From: an uncultured Pelagibacteraceae bacterium
Lineage (GTDB): Bacteria; Pseudomonadota; Alphaproteobacteria; Pelagibacterales; Pelagibacteraceae
Direction: 5' to 3'
NCBI GenBank assembly: GCA_902614835.1
Contig: CACMMU010000001.1
Span: forward strand, 15,944-79,943
Length of the DNA stretch: 64,000 nt
Under the pieces are notes generated by a model, which searched no databases, had not been told where the DNA came from, and saw only the letters and a program-made list of their open reading frames with translations. Shown here in pieces: positions 57,288-64,000 of the stretch. The position numbers were made by a program, and so were the translations under genes. Within the stretch, counting starts at the first letter, position 1. Every line of letters starts with the position of its first letter.

Positions 57288-58124
57288 TTATTTATCCTTT
57301 TTTACTAGTTGCAAATTGTCGTTTTTTTTGTTTTTTGCCAACATTTTCTCAAAGGTTATCTGTTTTGCTTCCCACTTTTTGTAATCTCGCTCTTCATCTA
57401 CTATCACCCTGCCTCTCATAGCATAGTGGCCGGACCCACAATACTCAGCACATAAAACTTCAAAGTCACCAGTTCTTGTCGGTGTCAACCAATAATATGT
57501 GACGATGCCTGGTACCATATCCATTTTTCCTCTGAATTGTGGTACGTAAAAATTGTGTAAAACATCTATAGTTCTTAATTCAAATTTTACCGGACGATCT
57601 ATTAAAAGATGAAGCTCCTGTGCATCAACCAAAAGATCATCTTTCCCGTTTGCATCCTCTAAAATTAGACCAAATGGATTATCATCACTAATATATTTTA
57701 TATCTGTTTTCCCTAAAATGTTATCTTCACCTGGGAGCCTATATTTCCAGCCCCATTGATAGGCAAAAACTTCAACTTTGTAGGCGTTGTCTGGTACAGT
57801 AACGTATTGATTCCAAACAACTAAACCTGGTGCCAATAAAGCCGCAACTCCAATAGCAGTTGCCCATGTTAATCTGCTCTCTAATTTTTTATCCTCAGGC
57901 TTATATTCTGCCCTTCTCTCTTTCTTGTAACTAAACTTCCAGACACAATAAGAAACAAAAAAACATATAGCTACGAAGACAATACCGGTGATCCAAAAAG
58001 TTAGAATTATAGTATCATCCATATTTCCCCAATTTGATGCTACTTCTGTCCACCACCAGGGAGACCAAAAATGAAAGGCTATTGAACCAACTGTTATTAA
58101 AAATATACTTAATGCAACTATCAT
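57288..58124 (-). CDS. coxB: cytochrome c oxidase subunit II (no fused cytochrome c domain)
   Basis: N-terminal TMs plus a cupredoxin domain with the CuA site DVLHNF ... CAEYCGSGHYAM. Confidence 0.95.
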   Translation of the reverse strand: MIVALSIFLITVGSIAFHFWSPWWWTEVASNWGNMDDTIILTFWITGIVFVAICFFVSYCVWKFSYKKERRAEYKPEDKKLESRLTWATAIGVAALLAPGLVVWNQYVTVPDNAYKVEVFAYQWGWKYRLPGEDNILGKTDIKYISDDNPFGLILEDANGKDDLLVDAQELHLLIDRPVKFELRTIDVLHNFYVPQFRGKMDMVPGIVTYYWLTPTRTGDFEVLCAEYCGSGHYAMRGRVIVDEERDYKKWEAKQITFEKMLAKNKKNDNLQLVKKDK

Positions 58125-58125
58125 A

Positions 58126-58386
58126 TTATGCGTTTGTTATAATAAAAATTCCTAAAAGAACAATTCCAGCTATGAGAATGTGATTTCCTAAATCTATAAA
58201 GCCCATTTTTTTATTTTTTGGGTCAACTAAATCTTTCCATCTAAATGGAACTGATTTTCTTTTAACCGCAATTTCAGCTTTATTTTCATTTTTTTCTAGC
58301 CTTAAAGAGACAGAAAAGAAAACAAAATAGATAAATAAGACTAAAAAAATAACTAGTCCAAGAAGTAGTGCGTATGAAGTACTCAT
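58126..58386 (-). CDS. two-TM small membrane protein, first gene of the oxidase cluster, function unknown
   Basis: 86 aa with hydrophobic helices at both ends (YALLLGLVIFLVLFIYFVFFSV; ILIAGIVLLGIFIITNA) and a basic ~40-aa loop. Its stop lies 1 nt from the coxB start. Confidence 0.55.
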   Translation of the reverse strand: MSTSYALLLGLVIFLVLFIYFVFFSVSLRLEKNENKAEIAVKRKSVPFRWKDLVDPKNKKMGFIDLGNHILIAGIVLLGIFIITNA

Positions 58387-58482
58387 AATTTGAATTTACT
58401 ATATATAAACACTTTATGCATGTTTAATAAGGTTTTGCGACACTTTTGCAAGGGTAAATTCTGCTTAGATTTAAAGGAAAAA

Positions 58483-59202
58483 TTACTTAAAATTTAATTG
58501 AAAACTTAAAATCGTGGCTGCTGCTATCGCTGCTGTTTCAGCACGTAAAATATTTTTAGCAAGTGATATTGGGATCGTTTTTTTTTGTTCAACTATAAAT
58601 TGCCTTTCTTTTTCTGAGAAATCTCCTTCGGGCCCAACTAGAATACAAATAGGGTTTTTATCAGTTAAAATTTTTTTAAAATTGCTTGAGTCGCTATTAA
58701 TATCACAAAAAATAAGGTGACCATTTTCTGGAAAGTTTTTAAGAAAAGTAATTAAACTTTGAGTTTTTAAAATTTCAGGAACTGAAATTCTATTTGATTG
58801 TTCGCTGGCCTCAGTTACGATTTTACTAGCTCGCTCAATATTTATCTCTCTTACTACGCTTCTTTCACATAAGATGGGTAAAAATTTTTTTATTCCAAGC
58901 TCGGTAGTTTTTTGCAACATTAAATCTTGTGGAATTTTCTTAATAGGTGAAAATGCTAACCACAAATTATGCTCGTCTTCTTGCGGTCTAGATTGTTTTT
59001 CAACCTTAAATTCTGTTAGTTCTTTTCCATGGGCAAGGATAACAGCATCCCACTCTCCATTGTTGGAATTAAAAATTGAAATTTTGTCTCCTTGATTTAA
59101 TCTAATAACATTTTTAACATAGTGCGATTGCTTCTCTGAAAGTTTTGAAACAGTTCCAGGTGCCAATTTGTCTGAAAAATATAATCTTACTTTTGAAGTC
59201 AT
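58483..59202 (-). CDS. rsmE: 16S rRNA (uracil1498-N3)-methyltransferase
   Basis: PUA-like N-domain (HYVKNVIRLNQGD) and a SPOUT C-domain (LVGPEGDFSEKE ... LAKNILRAETAAIAA). Confidence 0.9.
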   Translation of the reverse strand: MTSKVRLYFSDKLAPGTVSKLSEKQSHYVKNVIRLNQGDKISIFNSNNGEWDAVILAHGKELTEFKVEKQSRPQEDEHNLWLAFSPIKKIPQDLMLQKTTELGIKKFLPILCERSVVREINIERASKIVTEASEQSNRISVPEILKTQSLITFLKNFPENGHLIFCDINSDSSNFKKILTDKNPICILVGPEGDFSEKERQFIVEQKKTIPISLAKNILRAETAAIAAATILSFQLNFK

Positions 59203-59251
59203 GCGATCAAAAAGAACTATTTTAAATGTTATTTTATGATAGTCTATTTAA

Positions 59252-60094
59252 ATGTCATCTATAGAAATTAAAAAAATTGTAAAGTCTGTAGAAACTTCTG
59301 ATGGCGCTGGTGTTAAACTTAAAAGAAGTATTGGAACACCGGAGGCTGAATATATTGATCCTTTTCTTATGTTAGATGAGTTTGGTTCTGAGAATAAGGA
59401 TGATTATATAGCTGGTTTTCCACCCCATCCTCACAGAGGTATTGAAACTGTTACTTACATGCTTGAAGGTGAATTTCAGCATGAGGATAGTATTGGATCA
59501 AAAGGAAAAATGAGATCTGGAGATGTTCAATGGATGAAAACTGGTAGAGGAATTATTCATTCAGAGATGCCCGCAATGTCCGGTGGAAAGTTACTGGGTT
59601 TTCAGCTTTGGATAAATATGCCAGCAAAGTTAAAAATGAACAAACCCGAATATCATTATATAAAAAATAATGAGCTGGGTTTTTACAAAGACAATGAGAA
59701 AATAGTTAAAATAATTGCAGGAAAATTTAAAAATCAAAAAGGTCCTGAAAAAAATCATAACGTAGAGCCAATTTTTTTACACGTAGTTCTAAACAAAAAT
59801 AAGGAGTTTAATATGGATTTACCAAATGGACACAACTCCTTTATTTATCTTCTAAACGGCGAACTAAAAATTGGTAGAAAGGAACACCAAAAAATAAAAA
59901 ATTCAACTTTGATTTTATTGAACAATGGTAGCAATTTGGTTGTAAAGTCCATGGAAAGAAGCGAATTTTTAATTATTGCTGGAAAACCTATTGGAGAAAC
60001 TATTGCAAGGGGTGGACCATTTGTTATGAATACAAAAGAAGAAATAATACAAGCTGTAGAAGATTATAAAAGTGGAAAATTTGCAAAATATTAA
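59252..60094 (+). CDS. pirin family protein
   Basis: Bicupin with the pirin metal motif (GFPPHPHRGIETVTYMLEG...H.D). Confidence 0.93.
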   Translation: MSSIEIKKIVKSVETSDGAGVKLKRSIGTPEAEYIDPFLMLDEFGSENKDDYIAGFPPHPHRGIETVTYMLEGEFQHEDSIGSKGKMRSGDVQWMKTGRGIIHSEMPAMSGGKLLGFQLWINMPAKLKMNKPEYHYIKNNELGFYKDNEKIVKIIAGKFKNQKGPEKNHNVEPIFLHVVLNKNKEFNMDLPNGHNSFIYLLNGELKIGRKEHQKIKNSTLILLNNGSNLVVKSMERSEFLIIAGKPIGETIARGGPFVMNTKEEIIQAVEDYKSGKFAKY

Positions 60095-61068
60095 TGCCAA
60101 AATCAATTATTATTCATGAGCAAGGTGGCCCGGAAGTTCTTAAATTAGAAAGTACAAACGTTGCTTCTCCAGGTCCTGAGGAAATAAAAGTTAAAAATAC
60201 AGCTATCGGATTAAATTTTATTGATACTTATCATAGGTCCGGACTTTATAAAATTAAACTCCCTTCTGGAATAGGAATGGAAGGAGCCGGAATAGTTCAG
60301 GAAGTAGGTTCGAAAGTAAACAAATTTAATAAAGGTGATAGAATTGCTTACTCGTCAATGCCTTTAGGCTCATACTCAGATGAAAGATGTATACCAAGTG
60401 AAATTGCAGTCAAAATTCCTGAAGGAGTAAGTGATGAAGTAGCAGCAAGTGTTATGACAAAAGGACTTACTTCACATTATCTTTTATATAAGGTTTACAA
60501 AGCTAGAGCAGGAGAAACAATTTTATTTCATGCAGCGGCTGGTGGGGTCGGTCAAATTTTTTGTCAGTGGGCAAAGAGTATCGGTTGTAATATAATTGGA
60601 ACAGTGGGATCTGATAATAAAATTGATATTGCTAAGAAAAATGGTTGTGATTTTGTAATAAACTACAATAAAGAAAACTTTGATGAAAGGGTGCTGGAGA
60701 TAAATGGAAATAAAGGGATTGGAGTAGTTTATGATGGTGTAGGCAAGGCAACGTTTGAAAAATCAATAAATTGTCTAAAACCAATGGGAATGATGGTCTC
60801 TTTTGGGAATGCATCTGGAGCTTTAGATCCTATAAATGTAAGAAAATATATACAACCAAAAAGCCTTTTTTTTACAAGACCAGGACTTGCTGACTATGGT
60901 GCAGGAAGAAAAGCTCTTGAAGAGGGGGCTGCCTTACTTTTTGAACAAATTAAGTTTGGTAAAATTAAAGTAGAAATTTTTAAAAAATATGCTTTATCAG
61001 ATGCAAAAAGGGCCCACGAAGATTTAGAAAAAAGAAAGATTACAGGACCAGCTGTTATTATACCATAA
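60094..61068 (+). CDS. qor: NADPH:quinone oxidoreductase (zeta-crystallin/MDR family)
   Basis: MDR fold with the cofactor motif AAAGGVGQ and a GroES-like N-domain. 1-nt overlap with the pirin stop. Confidence 0.88.
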   Translation: MPKSIIIHEQGGPEVLKLESTNVASPGPEEIKVKNTAIGLNFIDTYHRSGLYKIKLPSGIGMEGAGIVQEVGSKVNKFNKGDRIAYSSMPLGSYSDERCIPSEIAVKIPEGVSDEVAASVMTKGLTSHYLLYKVYKARAGETILFHAAAGGVGQIFCQWAKSIGCNIIGTVGSDNKIDIAKKNGCDFVINYNKENFDERVLEINGNKGIGVVYDGVGKATFEKSINCLKPMGMMVSFGNASGALDPINVRKYIQPKSLFFTRPGLADYGAGRKALEEGAALLFEQIKFGKIKVEIFKKYALSDAKRAHEDLEKRKITGPAVIIP

Positions 61069-61340
61069 TGAGTAATGATAAATTAATAAGTCCATGTATA
61101 AGTATTTGCAAAAGTAATCCTGATACAGGTTATTGTTATGGTTGTGCTAGATCAGATGAAGAAAAAAAAATATGGAAAAACCCAAATACTGAAAATAGTT
61201 GGAAATTAGAAAATTTAAATTTGCTCAAGAAAAGAATGAGTGAGACTCAATTAAAAACATTTGAAAGATCTTATGGGGAAAAGTTACAATTTGGGAAATT
61301 AGTTTATTCTAAAAATTTAAAGGAAAAACCACAAAATTAA
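61068..61340 (+). CDS. DUF1289 domain protein (small Cys-cluster protein)
   Basis: SPCISICKSNPDTGYCYGCARSDEEKKIW matches the DUF1289 C-x3-C...C-x2-C pattern. Confidence 0.78.
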   Translation: MSNDKLISPCISICKSNPDTGYCYGCARSDEEKKIWKNPNTENSWKLENLNLLKKRMSETQLKTFERSYGEKLQFGKLVYSKNLKEKPQN

Positions 61341-61508
61341 ACCAACAACAGCCAGTATAAGTATTAGTGTTCTAACACCAAAAAGATATTTGGTTAATTT
61401 TTGCGAGTCCTCTATTTCTTTTTTCTTTCCAGCGCTCACTCTGATGACTAGATAAAATATTAGTAATAGAATAAGAACTATTATTAATATAATTGGTTTA
61501 CCAAACAT
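61317..61508 (-). CDS. two-TM small membrane protein, unknown function
   Basis: 63 aa with two hydrophobic helices separated by a charged loop. Its start lies 2 nt after the stop of the upstream 33-codon ORF. Confidence 0.45.
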   Translation of the reverse strand: MFGKPIILIIVLILLLIFYLVIRVSAGKKKEIEDSQKLTKYLFGVRTLILILAVVGLILWFFL

Positions 61509-61510
61509 AA

Positions 61511-61612
61511 TTAATTAGAAGTTAAAATTATAGGCAAAAATAACCCAAGTGCATACAAAAGAATTATTACTATAGATGCTATTATAAAGGCTCTAATTGC
61601 ATTAATTTTCAT
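61511..61612 (-). CDS. possible 33-codon single-TM micro-ORF (unlisted)
   Basis: Hand translation: MKINAIRAFIIASIVIILLYALGLFLPIILTSN*. It exactly fills the space between the DUF2721 gene (5-nt gap) and the 63-aa ORF (2-nt gap). It could also be chance in AT-rich DNA. Confidence 0.25.
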   Translation of the reverse strand: MKINAIRAFIIASIVIILLYALGLFLPIILTSN

Positions 61613-61617
61613 AAAAA

Positions 61618-62022
61618 TTATTCCTCGTCAATCTTCATATCGGACAAATGATATTTTAATGCACGAGTTGAAACAAAAATTTCACCAAGATAAAGAATTA
61701 TTGACATAAATAATGAAAAGCAACAAAGTCCAAATATTAATCTGGCATAAAAAATAAAATCTAAATAAAGAGCAAAGACTGTCAACATATCAAATAGAAA
61801 AGCTATTCCTGCACAACCAATTGAATATTTAAGATTAATGCTTCTGGCTCTTAAGTTTTTAAGCTGTTTTTTCCACTCTGGCGGTATGTGTTTCTCAAAT
61901 ACATATTCATCATGAAGCTTTCTAATCAAGGCACTTAAGGTATGAAACCTGCTGTTATAAACGCCCATTAAAAGTGCCATGGCTGGAAATAATAATGCTG
62001 CTACTGTGTAATCTATATTCAT
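61618..62022 (-). CDS. DUF2721-like membrane protein
   Basis: 134 aa. N-terminal TM ending in ..YNSRF, an amphipathic basic linker, then two further TMs. Family assignment is from pattern memory only. Confidence 0.55.
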   Translation of the reverse strand: MNIDYTVAALLFPAMALLMGVYNSRFHTLSALIRKLHDEYVFEKHIPPEWKKQLKNLRARSINLKYSIGCAGIAFLFDMLTVFALYLDFIFYARLIFGLCCFSLFMSIILYLGEIFVSTRALKYHLSDMKIDEE

Positions 62023-62073
62023 ATCGAATAGATTGATTATGTATTTAGTGTTTGGTATTTACAAGAACTAATA

Positions 62074-62940
62074 ATGTCACTACACCTTAAAAACCTAATT
62101 GATGTTACGAGATTAAGTAAACCTATTGGTTTTTTATTACTATTTTGGCCATGTGCATGGGGATTGTCATTAGCACATTATTTTCAACGAGATATAAACA
62201 CTTTTTTTTCTCACCTTGTGCTTTTCTTTTTTGGATCTGTTTTAATGAGAAGTGCTGGGTGCATAGTAAATGATATAGTTGATGAAAAAATAGACAAAAA
62301 AGTTTTTAGGACAAAGAAAAGGCCAATTGCCTCTGGATCTTTAAGTAAAGAGTTAGCATGGACTTACGTTCTAATATTATGCGCATTAGCTTTTCTTGTT
62401 TTAATCCAATTTAATTTTTTGACAATATGCTTAGGAATCTTTTCAATGATTTTTGCCTTTAGCTACCCTTTTATGAAAAGGTTTACTTATTGGCCCCAAT
62501 TATTTCTCGGTTTTACTTTTAATTGGGGAATAATTATGGCTTGGACGTCTATAACAAACGAAATATCTTATTTGCCAATTCTGCTTTATTTTGGAGCCAT
62601 ATTTTGGACACTAGGTTATGACACGATTTATGGCATACAAGATATTTCTGATGATGAGGTAATAGGGGTGAAATCTACAGCTATCAAATTTAAAGATAGT
62701 ATTGGTTTGTTTGTAGGAAGTTGTTATTTAATAAGCTCTGCTTCAATAGTAATTGTTATGGCAAATCTTAAAATAAATTTCAGTTCGATTTTTTTAATTT
62801 TATTTTTTTTAACTCTCATTTACCAATTAAAAATATCATCAAACATGCTTCCTAAACAATGTCTTAAAGCTTTTAAGTTGAATGGATTTTCTGGCATGTT
62901 TGTTTTTTTAAGCTTTTTTATGTTAAGTGTTGATTTCTGA
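62074..62940 (+). CDS. ubiA: 4-hydroxybenzoate polyprenyltransferase
   Basis: UbiA motifs (RSAGCIVNDIVDEKIDKKVFRTKKRPIASG; YDTIYGIQDISDD). Confidence 0.93.
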   Translation: MSLHLKNLIDVTRLSKPIGFLLLFWPCAWGLSLAHYFQRDINTFFSHLVLFFFGSVLMRSAGCIVNDIVDEKIDKKVFRTKKRPIASGSLSKELAWTYVLILCALAFLVLIQFNFLTICLGIFSMIFAFSYPFMKRFTYWPQLFLGFTFNWGIIMAWTSITNEISYLPILLYFGAIFWTLGYDTIYGIQDISDDEVIGVKSTAIKFKDSIGLFVGSCYLISSASIVIVMANLKINFSSIFLILFFLTLIYQLKISSNMLPKQCLKAFKLNGFSGMFVFLSFFMLSVDF

Positions 62941-64000
62941 TGAAATTAGATAAAATTATATTTTACGTAAAAAGATTGTATAGAAATTATATTAGACAAT
63001 ACTTAAACAGAATTTTTTTAGCTTTGTTCTTATCATTTCTTGTTGCTGGTACCACATCAGCTATTGCCTGGCTTTTAGATCCAGCAGTTAAAAAAATTTT
63101 TATTGAAAATGATAAACTTTATGGAGTCTTTATACCAATTTTAATTATAGTAGCATTTTCAACAAAGGGGATTTCCTTATACTTAGCAAGATCAATAACC
63201 TTAGAAATCGGTAATCGTGTAAAACAACAAATACAAAATGAGTTGGCAGGAAATATTCTATTGTCGGACTCAGAAATTATAGAGTCAAAACATTCTGGTA
63301 AATACATGTCCCACTTTCTTTACGATGTTGGTTTGATAAATTCCATGGCAAGTACTGCTCTCTTAAATATTATGAAAGATACATTAACTCTAACAGCTTT
63401 ATTATTTGTGATGTTTTATCAAAATTGGAAGCTTGCCTTTTTTTCGCTGATTATGATGCCATTATCTGCTTTTGTAGCAAGATCACTTGGTAAAAGAATA
63501 GCAAAAGCCACGACAAAAGGTTCTCTTGCTACAGGTAAACTCACAACTTTTTTATCAGAAATTTTAAGAGGTTATAAAATCATTAAAATTTATCAAAGAG
63601 AGAATTCTGAAAAGAAAAGAGCCTCGGAAGCTATAAACGATATGACTGAAAAAGAGATTAAAATCGGGAAAATTATGATTAGAGCTACACCTGTGATGGA
63701 AATTTTACTTGGTTTTATGATTGCAGGGTTTATTTATTTTGCAGGATACTTAATTGCAAATGGAGAGATAGGAATAAATAATTTTTTTTCTTTTTTAGCT
63801 GCAATGATGCTTGCTTACCAGCCAGTTAGATCTTTGGCCACTTTAAATATGTCAATTTATCAGGGCGCTGCTGCTGCTGAAAGAGTTTTTGATGTAATGG
63901 ATAGAAAAAACCTAATACAAGATGATGAAAATGCTCCAGAACTTGAAATCAAGAATTCAAACATAAATTTTAAAAACGTAAAATTTAAATACCAAAAGAG
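62940..64000 (+). CDS. ABC transporter, fused permease/ATPase of the MsbA/exporter type (N-terminal part; runs off the right edge)
   Basis: Not in the track (no stop). ATGA overlap with the ubiA stop. Hand translation: MKLDKIIFYVKRLYRNYIRQYLNRIFLALFLSFLVAGTTSAIAWLLDPAVKKIF...; six-TM ABC exporter pattern, ending at the start of the NBD (ELEIKNSNINFKNVKFKYQK). Confidence 0.85.
   Translation, partial: MKLDKIIFYVKRLYRNYIRQYLNRIFLALFLSFLVAGTTSAIAWLLDPAVKKIFIENDKLYGVFIPILIIVAFSTKGISLYLARSITLEIGNRVKQQIQNELAGNILLSDSEIIESKHSGKYMSHFLYDVGLINSMASTALLNIMKDTLTLTALLFVMFYQNWKLAFFSLIMMPLSAFVARSLGKRIAKATTKGSLATGKLTTFLSEILRGYKIIKIYQRENSEKKRASEAINDMTEKEIKIGKIMIRATPVMEILLGFMIAGFIYFAGYLIANGEIGINNFFSFLAAMMLAYQPVRSLATLNMSIYQGAAAAERVFDVMDRKNLIQDDENAPELEIKNSNINFKNVKFKYQK

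Noticed and set aside
1-64000. CRISPR arrays, tandem repeats, IS elements, prophage or defence-system genes
   Set aside because: Reading through the window, I found no spaced repeat arrays and no transposase, integrase or recombinase-like ORFs. I also found no clusters of unassigned large ORFs, and every ORF over 150 aa has a housekeeping assignment. A systematic repeat search was not possible by eye.

Overview
The window looks like core chromosome of a streamlined, very AT-rich marine alphaproteobacterium, most consistent with the SAR11/Pelagibacter type. That assignment is an inference from composition, extreme gene packing and gene content, not from any search. By a rough hand tally about 97-98% of the window is coding. 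I call 75 coding or RNA genes: 74 CDS and one tRNA-Gln. Almost all are housekeeping genes: carAB, trxB, uvrB/uvrC, pgsA, ilvE, lgt, prs, rplY-pth-ychF, cytochrome bc1 (petABC), hemF, greA, ispE, rnhB, ccrM, mutY, smc, the ATP synthase Fo operon, a crtI-crtB-crtY-blh retinal cassette, ispH-thrB-rnhA, thrC, an aa3-type cytochrome oxidase cluster with ctaB/ctaG, rsmE, pirin, qor, ubiA and a truncated MsbA-like ABC transporter. I see no rRNA, CRISPR array, transposase, integrase, prophage or recognisable defence genes, and no compositional island. I therefore cannot point to a clear new system. The leads worth a second look are modest: (1) a Cox11/CtaG that lacks the conserved N-terminal cysteine motif, followed by an unlisted 45-codon CxxC + TM ORF that abuts thrC; (2) a cassette of an ELM1-like protein, a 2OG-oxygenase-like protein and an 8-Cys 63-aa protein; (3) an 859-aa SMC with no recognisable hinge; (4) the Fo operon running with a 16-nt gap into the retinal cassette and ispH; (5) CoxMNOP-like oxidase architecture with extra small membrane proteins; (6) unusual packing, with back-to-back or overlapping divergent start codons and overlapping convergent gene ends. 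All functional calls come from motif recognition by eye. No database search was run.
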